Below, piece after piece: positions 9,991-20,052 of a stretch of DNA of 64,000 nt. The notes under the pieces were generated by a model. That model saw only the letters and a list, made by a program, of their open reading frames with translations, did not search any database and was not told the DNA's origin. The DNA comes from Candidatus Krumholzibacteriota bacterium. GTDB taxonomy: Bacteria > Krumholzibacteriota > Krumholzibacteriia > JAJRXK01. The stretch lies in the NCBI GenBank assembly GCA_963727455.1, contig CAVSGG010000008.1:160001-224000 (forward strand), read 5' to 3'. Numbering within the stretch: the first letter of the stretch is position 1; every line of letters begins with the position of its first letter. Both the position numbers and the translations under genes were made by a program.

Positions 9991-11486
9991 TGCTGCGATT
10001 GAGACTGTCTCATCAGCTGCTCGTAGTTGGGGGGTCGCTCGCTTTCGGGAAGGAGATCGTACCAGCCCTGTCGGCGGGCGTAGCGGCAGATAGTTTCGTT
10101 TCTGGGATTTAGCTGAATCGCCCGTCTCACCCATTCACGCAGCTGCTGAACTTCTTCAGGGGTATCCGCTCCCCGTTGCATCAGAACCGTGGCCAGACCG
10201 GCGTATCCGTCGGCGATCGTGGGGTCAATCTTCAGTCCCTTACGGATGAGTTTTTCCCCCCCATCCAGATTGTTGTTTCCCGAGATTTCAGCAGCACCCA
10301 ATCCGACCATCGCGCTTGCATTGTCCGGATCACGGTTCAGTACACGAGTGAAACACATCCTGGCCGTGACGAAGTTCCCCAAGTGGAAGTTGGACCAGCC
10401 CACGCCCAATTCAGCCTCCACTGACTCGGGGCGGTCTCGAAGCATCCTCTTGTAGGCATCGGCAGCCAAAGTGTACTTCCGGTCCGCGAGGTAGAACTTG
10501 GCCTGTAGATTCCGGGCCTCCTCGTTCTTCGGATCATGCTCTAGAATCCACTTCAGCTCCTCGTGGGCGCCCTCGTCTTCCCGGTTTTCGAAGAGAGCTC
10601 GAGCATGCTGCATACGCAAGGAGATCTCCGCTTCGAGTAGGGCGTCGTCGGAGGTCCGAGTGAGAAAGGTGCCCAGGGCCAGGACGACGAGAACGCAGGC
10701 ACTGAGCGCAAGCAGTGCCTTGCGTTGGCCTGTGCGAAAGGAGGCGCTGAGCGCGGCAATGCATACGCCGGAGAGAAGTGCCAGCAGGGCGAGCACTGCC
10801 AAATCGAAATTCGAGCCCAGTGGCCAAAACCAAACCACGAACACGAGCACTAAGAGGAGGACTGCGATCGAGCGCGCCTCCTTCCGTCCTCGAAGAACCA
10901 GCAAACTGCTCAGACCCAGAGCGAAGAGCGGGATCACCCCCAGCGAGATGCCCGGCGCAAGCAGAGGAATCTGCCCGCGCCAGAAAAGAAGAATCGAATC
11001 GGTAGGATGCACAGGGAGTAGAACTGCCGAGCCCAGTTGTGTGCTCCTCAAAAGAGGGAGAGCAAGAAGCAGCGCGATGACGGCCCACAGTGCCCAGCCC
11101 AATCCCGACAACTTGCCACCGAAACAGACCAGGGCCAGACCAACTACCAGGACGAGAGTGAGCGCGACATTTCCCGTCTGCAAGCCGCTCAGAATGAGCG
11201 CAGGCCAACAGACGGCCAGAACGATCCCGGCGCTCAGACCAGCTATGGCACCGGCCACCGCCCGCGCACTCCACGCAACCGTGAGGACCAAGAGTCCAAA
11301 CAAGATGGCGGAGAGGGTCCGCGTCCCGTGAGCATCCGGGAAATATTGAAGATTCAGAGAAGCCGGCAGCGCCGCGAGGCGGAGGAAGATCGCCAGGACC
11401 AGCGGTACAACCAAGAGCCAGCGCGGTCCCTTTTGCAACGCAGCGCCAAACCCATGCTCTTGACTACTGGTTTCCTTTTCGCTCAT
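9987..11486 (-). CDS. Polytopic membrane protein with C-terminal TPR repeats
   Basis: About 270 aa of hydrophobic helices followed by TPR-like units (LEHDPKNEEA, LNRDPDNASA); stop overlaps the uvrA start. Confidence 0.75.
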   Translation of the reverse strand: MSEKETSSQEHGFGAALQKGPRWLLVVPLVLAIFLRLAALPASLNLQYFPDAHGTRTLSAILFGLLVLTVAWSARAVAGAIAGLSAGIVLAVCWPALILSGLQTGNVALTLVLVVGLALVCFGGKLSGLGWALWAVIALLLALPLLRSTQLGSAVLLPVHPTDSILLFWRGQIPLLAPGISLGVIPLFALGLSSLLVLRGRKEARSIAVLLLVLVFVVWFWPLGSNFDLAVLALLALLSGVCIAALSASFRTGQRKALLALSACVLVVLALGTFLTRTSDDALLEAEISLRMQHARALFENREDEGAHEELKWILEHDPKNEEARNLQAKFYLADRKYTLAADAYKRMLRDRPESVEAELGVGWSNFHLGNFVTARMCFTRVLNRDPDNASAMVGLGAAEISGNNNLDGGEKLIRKGLKIDPTIADGYAGLATVLMQRGADTPEEVQQLREWVRRAIQLNPRNETICRYARRQGWYDLLPESERPPNYEQLMRQSQSQQ

Positions 11487-11591
11487 ATCCGTTCTCTCTC
11501 CTCGGCTCGAGAAGCCGATTCTCGGATGTGGGAATTGGGGCCATGGAATGGCGAAGGTTGCACCTTGGCCTACAGCGACAGGACCGACAGC

Positions 11592-12368
11592 TTAGATCTC
11601 CTCGATCGATGAAGCCGGAACCCAGCCGATCAAGTCACCGCCAAGGTGGATCCGAGTCCATTGGCTCCTTCGCGTGTCCACGAAGACCCGCAGACCTTCG
11701 TGGATTTTAAAGGATAAATTGTAGTTCTCGCCAGGTCCACTCCGCACGTCGACTTCGGTTGCGGTGACAATTGCCGCCTGGTGTCGCAGTTGATTATCGG
11801 CATGAACGACCGTCATCACCGAGCACACGGCTAAAAGACAGCAGAGGGCCCAGATCACTCCGCGACCTCTGAGCCAGGACGGACGCCACCAGGCGCGCAG
11901 AGCACCCACAAGTGCCAACAGCAACCAAAATCCCAAGGCGCCTCCGGTCCATTCATCGAGGCTGAAATAGGAGTACAGCCAGACAACGGGCTTCAGGAAC
12001 AAGGGGATCGAGAGCGGAGCCAGGGCCTCGTCCTTGATCAGCGTCTTGGCCTGTGCGAGATTCTCGCGAGCGGCCGCGTCCCGCGGATTGCGCAGTAGGG
12101 CTCTGCGATAATAGAGGATCGCCTTGCCCACACTGCCCTTCTTGAACCAGGCGTTTCCCAGATTGTAGAAGATGATCTCGTGGTTGAGTCCAGCATCGAT
12201 CGCGGCTTGGTAGTTCTCGATTGCGCCGTCGTAATCTCCTGCTTCGTACGCATGATTTGCCTGCGCCGCCAGGGACTGTGCCTTTGCCAGGTCTCCCGCG
12301 CGGGCGCCGACGACGGCGACTGAAAGCAGAAGCAGAGCCAGCACAAGTCGCCGGGCTAGATCAACCAC
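11592..12368 (-). CDS. batE: BatE-like TPR + SH3-domain protein
   Basis: YNLGNAWFK, AILYYRRAL, VRSGPG...IHEG, GWVP; last gene of the Bat cluster; GTG start with AGGAG SD. Confidence 0.85.
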   Translation of the reverse strand: MVDLARRLVLALLLLSVAVVGARAGDLAKAQSLAAQANHAYEAGDYDGAIENYQAAIDAGLNHEIIFYNLGNAWFKKGSVGKAILYYRRALLRNPRDAAARENLAQAKTLIKDEALAPLSIPLFLKPVVWLYSYFSLDEWTGGALGFWLLLALVGALRAWWRPSWLRGRGVIWALCCLLAVCSVMTVVHADNQLRHQAAIVTATEVDVRSGPGENYNLSFKIHEGLRVFVDTRRSQWTRIHLGGDLIGWVPASSIEEI

Positions 12369-14175
12369 GGCCCAACTCCTTTTCCAAGTCGAGCAGAAGG
12401 GACTTCGCCTCAACGCTGAGTCCGGACCCTTCTGCGGTCGAGGCAAAGCGCGCTTGGTCACAGTGGTCAAGCAAGTTCGTCACCCTCGTTTTCAGTTCCT
12501 GAGCGGCGCCCTTGGATTCCAGCCACTCGAGTAGTTCGGAACGCGTGAGTCCGGAAACCGGCCGGCGAGCTTTGGCCCCGAACCAGATCATGAGTGCCTC
12601 GCTCGCCCGCTGAGCATCACTTCCATCGCCAGAGAGGCGGGAGTTGGCGAGCTTTCGCGCCTGGCTCGCGCGGTGGCCCAGGGGGTCGGCCAGAAGCCGC
12701 CTACGCCGCGTGGCCAGAGCGAGTGAAGCGAGCCAGAGCAGAGGAGCCAGAGCCGCGAGCACCCAGGTGGTTCGGCGCAGAATGAGCGGTCCGGGGTAGG
12801 ACCTTAGCTTTCCACTCACGGGCTGGATGTGCAGGATGTCCTGTCCCAGGATCGCAATCTCCGTCTTGCCCCCCGTGGCGAAGGACGAAATGGGAGCCTC
12901 GTCCGAGGGAGAAACCTCGACCTCGACTGGCTTGGTCCTCAAATGCAGATAGCGCCGTTTCTTGGTGTCGAAGTAGACATAATCGACCGGAGGAATGGTG
13001 TAGTTCCCCTCCTTCTGAGGAATGAGCAACTTCTCCACCTTGAGGCTGCCGCGCAGCACCCCTCCCGACGGCCCCGAATCCAAAGAGGAACCCGAGTCAT
13101 GCTGACGAAAGGTCGGCATCTGCGGAAGCTCCGGTTTGGTCGCGGCGGCCAGATAGCCGCTCCCTGAGAGGGTCAGCGAAACTGTGAGGGCGTCACCGAC
13201 CTTGAGACTCTTGCGATCGGTTTTCATACTCAGCTCCAGATCGCTCCCTACCGTGCCTTTGAACCCGTCCGGTGCGCCTGAAGGTAGCTCCTTCACGTAG
13301 ACCGGAATGGATGGCGCGCGCAAGGTAATGTCGCCGCGTGGCGTTTGCCGGCGAAAGAACGAGCCAAAGGGATCTCGGGGAATTCGAACTACTGCCTCGC
13401 CGATCGTGAGCGCACCGCTCCGCGTGGGAAAGAGTGCATAGAGAATCTGCGTAATGTCGTAGGGATACCCCTGAACGTTCATGGTGCTATGTCGCTCGGG
13501 CGGTAGGTCCTCGCGCCAAAAGCCCTCGGTGGTCGGTGGCGTGTATTGCGGGGAATCGAAAAGTCCCCCGCGCATGCCACGGTAAAAGGTGAAGGTGAGC
13601 ACGACTTGTTCCCCGACGACCACCGTGTCCCGATCTACCGTCATGCTCACGAAGTAGTCGTCTCCTGGCCCGCCCGAACTCGTGCTCTTCGTCCCTTTGG
13701 AATGGGGCGCGGTAGGCGAAGTGGAGGGAGTGCTCTTGTGGGCGGGCGCATTCGAAGATCCGGCCGGAAGGACCTCCAGCGGAATCTCCTTCGATTTGTA
13801 GGTGTTCCCATCCGCCACCACCGAGATCGGCTTCAGCTGGTACTTCCCCGGTTCCAGAGGTCTCAAATACCAAGTGTAGGTGTGGCTGGCGTGGACTTTG
13901 CCGTTCACGAAGCTGAAGCTCTGGCTCGTCCCGCCGCCGTAAACTTCGAAGGGACCAAAGTCGGGAAGCTGAGGATCCTCGATATTGCGCACGTCTCCTT
14001 CGATGGTGAGCGTCAAGACCGCCTGCTCCCCCACCGCGAGCTGCGAACGATTTACTGCGGCACTGCACGACACCGAAGCATGAGCGCGTGAGGAAACGCC
14101 GCTCAGGATGAGCGTGCTCAGCAGGAAGCCGAACAAGAGTCTCCTTTGATGGAGTGCGATCGCTCTACCAATCAT
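12361..14175 (-). CDS. batD: BatD family protein
   Basis: GTSQSFSFVNG, YALFP, GFKGTVG, YVYFD; signal peptide and C-terminal TM; Bat cluster position. Confidence 0.88.
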   Translation of the reverse strand: MIGRAIALHQRRLLFGFLLSTLILSGVSSRAHASVSCSAAVNRSQLAVGEQAVLTLTIEGDVRNIEDPQLPDFGPFEVYGGGTSQSFSFVNGKVHASHTYTWYLRPLEPGKYQLKPISVVADGNTYKSKEIPLEVLPAGSSNAPAHKSTPSTSPTAPHSKGTKSTSSGGPGDDYFVSMTVDRDTVVVGEQVVLTFTFYRGMRGGLFDSPQYTPPTTEGFWREDLPPERHSTMNVQGYPYDITQILYALFPTRSGALTIGEAVVRIPRDPFGSFFRRQTPRGDITLRAPSIPVYVKELPSGAPDGFKGTVGSDLELSMKTDRKSLKVGDALTVSLTLSGSGYLAAATKPELPQMPTFRQHDSGSSLDSGPSGGVLRGSLKVEKLLIPQKEGNYTIPPVDYVYFDTKKRRYLHLRTKPVEVEVSPSDEAPISSFATGGKTEIAILGQDILHIQPVSGKLRSYPGPLILRRTTWVLAALAPLLWLASLALATRRRRLLADPLGHRASQARKLANSRLSGDGSDAQRASEALMIWFGAKARRPVSGLTRSELLEWLESKGAAQELKTRVTNLLDHCDQARFASTAEGSGLSVEAKSLLLDLEKELGRG

Positions 14176-15076
14176 GTTTGCTCTTGTTCTCCGTCTTGCG
14201 CAGACGCCGTTGGATGGAACGTCGCAATTCTTCCTCGTCGTGATCGAGGGCATTGAGTAAGCGCAGGGCCTCGGCCGGAGTCATCACTCCCACCTTGCTC
14301 GCCATGCTATCGGACAAAGCGGCTTGCGTCGAGTCGGGGCGCGCGGGCTGTTGCATGGTGCTGTCCTGCGCCGCGGATTGCTGCTCCTGTCGCTTTTGGT
14401 CCTGTTCCTTGCTCTGCTCGTCCTGCTTGCCCTGCTCATTCTGCTGGGGATTCTCCTTCTGCTCCTGCTGCTTTTGGCTTTTTTGGGAGTCCCTCTGCTG
14501 TTCGGATTTGGAGTCCTTGCTCTGTTGTCGCTTTTGATCCTGGTTCTGGTCGCCCTTCTCATCCTTATTCTGCTTCTGATCCTTGCTCTGCTTCTGATCG
14601 GACTTTTGCTGCTGTTTCTTCTGCTTCTCGAGCAAACGCTGTGCGAGTTCCAGATTGTGCAGAAGGTCCGGGCTGGGCTTGCCGGCGAGCAGAGCTTTCT
14701 GATAGAGGGAGAGAGCCTGGGCAGGATCCTTCTTGGCCAGAGCGACATTCCCCGCATTGTAGAGAGCTTGCTGGGTCTGCTCGGGGTCCGCCGCACTGGA
14801 CGCGGCCAGGAACTGGCTCATTGCGCCCTTTAGATCCCCGTCGGCATAAAGGGCCTCTCCCATACCCATGCGATAGTCGGGGTCCTGCGGTCGGTAAGCC
14901 TGGGCGCGAGCGTAGTTTTCGATGGCGGCTTTCGAATCCCCTTGCCTCAACTTCTCGCCCGCCTTCTCCGCGGCGCGCCGGGCTTTCTGTAGCGGATCCC
15001 AGGCGCGCGCAGAAGTGCTCTGGAAAAGGCCGAGGATCAAGGCCAAAAGCAGGAGGTGCCGCGCTCGAAACTTCAT
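14165..15076 (-). CDS. batC: BatC-like TPR protein with Q/K-rich linker
   Basis: LYNAGN, HNLELA, Q/K/D-rich tract, EALRLLNAL, C-terminal DW. Confidence 0.85.
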   Translation of the reverse strand: MKFRARHLLLLALILGLFQSTSARAWDPLQKARRAAEKAGEKLRQGDSKAAIENYARAQAYRPQDPDYRMGMGEALYADGDLKGAMSQFLAASSAADPEQTQQALYNAGNVALAKKDPAQALSLYQKALLAGKPSPDLLHNLELAQRLLEKQKKQQQKSDQKQSKDQKQNKDEKGDQNQDQKRQQSKDSKSEQQRDSQKSQKQQEQKENPQQNEQGKQDEQSKEQDQKRQEQQSAAQDSTMQQPARPDSTQAALSDSMASKVGVMTPAEALRLLNALDHDEEELRRSIQRRLRKTENKSKHDW

Positions 15077-16077
15077 TCTCCTCTCCTTCGATCACTGAAC
15101 AGGGGCTCCAGGAGCAACAAGAGGAGCGCAGCTGACAATGGCCAAGCATAGCGCTCCTGATACGAGGTGACCCGTGTCGCTTGATACGCTCGGCTCTGCA
15201 GGGAGTTCAAACCGGCGCTCAAACGGGCCAGGTCCAGCCCTCCGCTCCCCGCTCGCACGTAAATACCCCCGGTGTCTCTCGCGAGTTTCACCAGAGGCTC
15301 TTCCTTCAGATGGGTCATCACCACCTGCTGGTTCTCGTCGCGCAGGAAACCCTGTCTCTGGTGATGATCGTCGTAGACGGGGATGGGCGCCCCCCCCGCG
15401 CTGCCCATGCCGATGGGAAACACCACGACCTGAGACTCCTGCAGCTTGCGGGTGATTTCGTCCAGACCGCCGGCGAAGTCCTCGCCGTCGGTCACCAGGA
15501 TGACCGCCCGATAGCCTCCCTTTTCTTCCCGAAACAGCTCGAGAGCAGTGCGCATGGCGGCTTCGATGTTCGTGCCCTGACTTCCGATCATGGTGGGATC
15601 GGCCTGGGACAAAAAGAGCCGAGCCGCCGAGTAGTCCACAGTGAGGGGACACTGGGGAAAAGCGGCACCGGCGAAAAAGACGAGTCCCACGCGGTCCCCG
15701 TGAAGGCCGTCCATGAGATCCGACAATTCGGCTTTGGCTCGTGCCAGGCGGCTCGGTTTGATGTCTTCGGCCAGCATGGACTGTGAAATATCCAGCGCGA
15801 TCACCACATCGCTGCCCTTTTGTTCCACTTCCACCTTGTTCGCTCCCCACTGGGGACGCGCGGCAGCCAGAATCAGCTGAGAGAGAACCAATAGGAGTAG
15901 AGCCGCCCGTGCCGTACGGCGCCGTTCCCTCCGACCCAGAACGAGCTGCTGTTCGAGCGCGGAGCCCGTGAAGGCAATGGTCCTGCGGTGAGCGGACTGC
16001 CGCGCGAAGTAGTAGACCAGCACGAGCAAGGGTAACGCCCACAAGAGCCATAGAATTTCAGGATGCGCGAATCGCAT
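15073..16077 (-). CDS. batB: BatB-like vWA domain protein
   Basis: AARPQWG, MIDAS DISQSM, DRVGLVFFAG, PLTVDY, TDGED. Confidence 0.9.
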   Translation of the reverse strand: MRFAHPEILWLLWALPLLVLVYYFARQSAHRRTIAFTGSALEQQLVLGRRERRRTARAALLLLVLSQLILAAARPQWGANKVEVEQKGSDVVIALDISQSMLAEDIKPSRLARAKAELSDLMDGLHGDRVGLVFFAGAAFPQCPLTVDYSAARLFLSQADPTMIGSQGTNIEAAMRTALELFREEKGGYRAVILVTDGEDFAGGLDEITRKLQESQVVVFPIGMGSAGGAPIPVYDDHHQRQGFLRDENQQVVMTHLKEEPLVKLARDTGGIYVRAGSGGLDLARLSAGLNSLQSRAYQATRVTSYQERYAWPLSAALLLLLLEPLFSDRRRGE

Positions 16078-16084
16078 GGCTCTC

Positions 16085-17071
16085 CTAGGGCAATACGCGA
16101 TAGACGGTGGCGGAGAGAATCAACTCCAGCACCAAGAGCGCGATCGCCGGCAAGAGGAACAGGCTCGCCAGCTGCCGATAATTCGTGTAAATGGTCGTCT
16201 CCACTTTGCTCTTCGCGAGCGAATCGATGACTTCGAAAATCTGCGCGAGGCTTTCGCCGCTTCGGGCGCGGAAATACTGTCCGCCCGTTTGCTTCGAAAT
16301 TTTCCGCAAGAGTGCCTCATCGATCTGTGTCTTGATCTGGGTATAACGCCGCCCGAGCACGGGATGATCCACCGGATACGGTGCGGTACCTTCCTTTCCG
16401 ATGCCGATAGAGTAGATCTTCACGCCCAAGCTCCGCGCCGCCTCTGCTGCGGTGCTTGGATCGACGGTGGGTACGTTGTTCACACCGTCGGTCAGAAGGA
16501 TGAGGATGCGGCTCTTGGCATCGCTGCGCGCCAGACGCTTGACCCCGGTGGCGATGCCCAGTCCGATCGCGGTCCCGTCCTCGATGAGTCCGACCTGCAC
16601 TTCGTCCAGAAATCTCTTCAGGACCCCATAATCCAGGGTGAGAGGGCACTGGGTGAAGGCCTTGGCCGCGAAGACCACCAGTCCGATACGATCCTGTTTG
16701 CGCCCGTCGATGAACTTTCGAATGACATCCTTGGCGACGGCAAGGCGGTCGTCTGGCTGGAAATCCAGAGCGCGCATGCTTCCACTGATGTCCAGGACCA
16801 GTACAATATCGATTCCCTTGCCCTCGATGACCTGTGTGTGATTCGCGATGACCGGACGAGCCAGGGCCCCCACAGCCAAGGTGACCGCCAACAGCCGCAG
16901 TGCGAACGGGAGTCCACTGGTCTTGGCGCGGCGTCCCGCGGGGAGAGAGGAAAACAAGGTGAGTCCGCTGTAGCTTATGGTGGCCCGGTGTCCGGCGACG
17001 CGGCGCAGAAACCACAGGAGGAACCACGCGACTGGAATCAAGAGCAGGAGCCAAGGATGCAGGAAACTCAT
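16085..17071 (-). CDS. batA: BatA-like vWA domain protein (start at MSFLHPW)
   Basis: ALARP, MIDAS DISGSM, DRIGLVVFA, DGTAIG, LTDGVNN, TGGQYFRA. Confidence 0.92.
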   Translation of the reverse strand: MSFLHPWLLLLIPVAWFLLWFLRRVAGHRATISYSGLTLFSSLPAGRRAKTSGLPFALRLLAVTLAVGALARPVIANHTQVIEGKGIDIVLVLDISGSMRALDFQPDDRLAVAKDVIRKFIDGRKQDRIGLVVFAAKAFTQCPLTLDYGVLKRFLDEVQVGLIEDGTAIGLGIATGVKRLARSDAKSRILILLTDGVNNVPTVDPSTAAEAARSLGVKIYSIGIGKEGTAPYPVDHPVLGRRYTQIKTQIDEALLRKISKQTGGQYFRARSGESLAQIFEVIDSLAKSKVETTIYTNYRQLASLFLLPAIALLVLELILSATVYRVLP

Positions 17072-17928
17072 CCGGACACCTCCTGCAACCTTACCAGGGC
17101 TCGTACGCTCTCTTGCGTCGTGTAGACGGGCTCCACTTTCGTGTCGTGAATATAGCCTCGGGCCGCCTCGAGCCATTCTCTCGCTTGGTGTTCCGTCGGA
17201 CGGCCGCGGGCGAACTTGATTTCGTCTGCCTGTCTCAAGAGTCCGAGTGCGCTGGTAAACAACTCGGGTTCGTATCCGGCTGCCACGAGGCGTTCCTTGA
17301 TCTCGTTGACGGTCCAATCCAGAGCAGGGACTCGGAACCTGCCCGCAAGATAGGCCCGCAGTGCATGACTCACCGCCACGTAATAGGCGTCGAATTTCCC
17401 CTCCCGCAGCAGACTAGAATCTTCGATCTCTTGCAGTTTGCGTAGCGCAGTAAGGTGCACCGCCTCCGCCACCAGAGGGAACGCGACGGTTCTGCTCTTG
17501 CCACGACGCAACCAGCGCGTCGCCAAATACGCCAGCGGACTCAAGAGCAACAGGATTCCCGCGATGGTTGGCCACCACTTGGGCCGCAGAATTCCGATGC
17601 TCTGCAGCGGCCGGGGCGCCGGCAGGGAATCGGGGTCCATGGTGGCAGGAACCGCGAAAAACAGAGTGTCGCTGCTCCCCGGGAGGGTGGTCCCCACCAT
17701 TCCCACCTGCAGGGGAATCAAGGTGAAAACCGCGGGATCCTCGGTGGGCCGGATCGCGGCGTGAATTCCCACGGGAAATTCGGTGCTGTCCTTGGCCGCA
17801 TGATCGAGGCTAAGGGTCGCGCGTTCACCCAGATGAGGAACGGGTGGATCCAGGCGCATCTTTTCCTGCCCAGCGGCACCGAGCACGATGGAAAGCAGCA
17901 CCAAGAGGACGGATGGCACTCTTCTCAT
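17068..17928 (-). CDS. Bat-cluster-associated membrane protein (hypothetical)
   Basis: Signal peptide, one TM, then LRAYLAGRF...ADEIKFA as in the gene usually found between DUF58 and batA; translationally coupled on both sides. Confidence 0.75.
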   Translation of the reverse strand: MRRVPSVLLVLLSIVLGAAGQEKMRLDPPVPHLGERATLSLDHAAKDSTEFPVGIHAAIRPTEDPAVFTLIPLQVGMVGTTLPGSSDTLFFAVPATMDPDSLPAPRPLQSIGILRPKWWPTIAGILLLLSPLAYLATRWLRRGKSRTVAFPLVAEAVHLTALRKLQEIEDSSLLREGKFDAYYVAVSHALRAYLAGRFRVPALDWTVNEIKERLVAAGYEPELFTSALGLLRQADEIKFARGRPTEHQAREWLEAARGYIHDTKVEPVYTTQESVRALVRLQEVSG

Positions 17929-18842
17929 CAGCGTCGCTTTCCCCGCCGCGCGAAGAAACGCAGGAGCGGATCGATGACCGGTTGGGTCACGTCGATCTCG
18001 ATGAGGTCACAACCGGCACGTCGCAGACCGCGTTTGATCTCCTGCTGCCGTTCTTGGGCCAGCTCCGCAAATTTCGAGCGCAGCTTCGCATCGGTCGAAT
18101 CCACCAGCAGGAGTTCTCCGGTCTCCGCATCTTCCACCTGGATGAGACCAACGGAGGGAATTTCCCGTTCGCGGGGATCCACCAGATGGATTGCGGTGAG
18201 ATCGTGGCGTCGCGCGGAAACCAGCAGGTCTTTTTCGTAGTCATTCGCCAAGAAATCGCTCATCAGAAAGCAGACGGCCTTGCGCTTTTGAACTCGGTTG
18301 AGAGTCTGAAGCGCGACGCGCAAATCGGTGCCCTTGGCCGTGGGCTCAAAGTAGAGCAGATCGCGGAGAAGCCTGAGGGCGTGGCGCCGTCCCTTGGCCG
18401 GAGGTACGTACAGCTCGACTTTGTCGCTGAAGAGAATCAGGCCGACCTTGTCCCCGTTGCTCACCGCCGAGAAGGCCAAGAGGGCCCCCATTTCTGCCAA
18501 CACCGCGCCCTTGCTGCGCCGTCCGCTACCGAAGCCTTCCGAGGCTGAAAGGTCGGCGAGAAGGAGAATGGTCAGCTCACGCTCTTCTTCGAACTGCTTC
18601 ACGAACGGTGAACCCTGACGCGCCGTCACGTTCCAATCGATGGAGCGCACGTCGTCGCCGGGTTCGTATTCCCTTACCTCCCGGAACTCCACTCCCCTTC
18701 CCTTGAAAACGGAGTGGTACTCCCCGCCAAAGAGCTCCTCGACCGTACGGCGCGTGCGGATCTCGAGACGCCGCACTTGGTCTAGTAGGTCGGCAGGAAT
18801 CCCACTGCCGTGTTGTTTCGTGTCGGGCGAATGGCGCTCCAC
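17928..18842 (-). CDS. DUF58 domain protein
   Basis: GEYHSVFKGRGVEFREVREYEPGDDVRSIDWNVTAR, FEEEREL. Confidence 0.95.
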   Translation of the reverse strand: MERHSPDTKQHGSGIPADLLDQVRRLEIRTRRTVEELFGGEYHSVFKGRGVEFREVREYEPGDDVRSIDWNVTARQGSPFVKQFEEERELTILLLADLSASEGFGSGRRSKGAVLAEMGALLAFSAVSNGDKVGLILFSDKVELYVPPAKGRRHALRLLRDLLYFEPTAKGTDLRVALQTLNRVQKRKAVCFLMSDFLANDYEKDLLVSARRHDLTAIHLVDPREREIPSVGLIQVEDAETGELLLVDSTDAKLRSKFAELAQERQQEIKRGLRRAGCDLIEIDVTQPVIDPLLRFFARRGKRR

Positions 18843-18860
18843 CTTGGGGTCCTGTCGCGA

Positions 18861-19847
18861 CTAGGGTACTTCGATGTGATCGAACAGCGAGCGAACGATG
18901 TCCTCACTGGTGAGATCCTCTGCCTCTGCTTCGTAGCTCACCGAAATGCGGTGTCTCAGCACCGAGGGGCCCACCGTTTTCACGTCTTCGGGGGTGACGA
19001 AGCCCCGGCCGCGCAAAAAGGCGTGCGCTTTCGCGGCTCGCGCGAGGTAGATCGAAGCGCGTGGGCTAGCACCGTAGGAAATGAGCGCGGTGAGGGAGAG
19101 ATTGTATTCCTTGGGATCGCGGCTCGCTCTCACGATGTCCAGGATGTATTCCTTGATCTTGTCGTCCACATAGATCTCATGAACCAGCTCTCGGGCTTTC
19201 AGAAGCTGGTCGCGCTGCAATACGGGCTGAATTTGTGGAGGATCGGCGCCCACCATGAGATCCATGATGCGCCGTTCCTCGTCGCGCTTGGGATAGTCCA
19301 CGAGAATCTTGAGCATGAAGCGATCGACCTGAGCTTCGGGAAGGGGATAGGTTCCCTCTTGCTCGATCGGGTTTTGGGTGGCGAGAACGAGGAACGGCTC
19401 TTCCAACTTGTAGGTTGTCTCGCCAAGCGTGACCTGAAGCTCCTGCATCGACTCCAGCAGTGCCGATTGCACTTTTGCCGGAGCGCGATTGATCTCGTCC
19501 GCCAGAATGATGTGCGAGAAAATGGGTCCCTTCTTGACCGTGAATTCGCCGCGTTTCTGGTCGAAAATCAGCGTTCCCAAGAGGTCCGCGGGCAAAAGAT
19601 CGGGAGTGAATTGAATCCGCTGGAAATCGGTGCCCAGCGAGGCAGCCAGCGATCGAACGGCCAGCGTCTTCGCCAAGCCCGGGACCCCCTCGAGCAGGAT
19701 GTGCCCTCCGGTGAGCAAGCCGAGCAACAATCCTTCGATCATCGTCCTCTGCCCGACGACCGCCCGACCCACCTGGTCCATGACCTCCTGCACGAAAACG
19801 CCTTCGGATTCGACCCTTGATTGGATCTCCTTTACCTGATTATCCAC
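18861..19847 (-). CDS. moxR: MoxR family AAA+ ATPase (start at GTG, VDNQVK)
   Basis: EGVPGLAKT, RIQFTPDLLPAD, ADEINRAPAKVQSALLE, ATQNPIEQEGTYPLPEAQVDRF. Confidence 0.96.
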   Translation of the reverse strand: MDNQVKEIQSRVESEGVFVQEVMDQVGRAVVGQRTMIEGLLLGLLTGGHILLEGVPGLAKTLAVRSLAASLGTDFQRIQFTPDLLPADLLGTLIFDQKRGEFTVKKGPIFSHIILADEINRAPAKVQSALLESMQELQVTLGETTYKLEEPFLVLATQNPIEQEGTYPLPEAQVDRFMLKILVDYPKRDEERRIMDLMVGADPPQIQPVLQRDQLLKARELVHEIYVDDKIKEYILDIVRASRDPKEYNLSLTALISYGASPRASIYLARAAKAHAFLRGRGFVTPEDVKTVGPSVLRHRISVSYEAEAEDLTSEDIVRSLFDHIEVP

Positions 19848-20052
19848 CTTGCAAGCGCCTCCACTGGCTGTGAGAGAAAAACGACGAGGGACCGAAGCTA
19901 TACGCCTCTTCGATCGATGAGGTTCCGATGGCCGGGGGGACAAATTGGGACCTGACGATCCGAATCGTCTCTGGAACTACCGCCGCCCAGGATGGTACTC
20001 TAAACTTCGAATTGCGCGTCGGCAACGTCTGCCGGCCAAGAGGAGCTCTCGC

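Noticed and set aside
14330-14625. Repetitive CTG/CTT-rich tract as a repeat array
   Set aside because: It encodes the Q/K-rich linker typical of BatC; no fixed repeat-spacer period.
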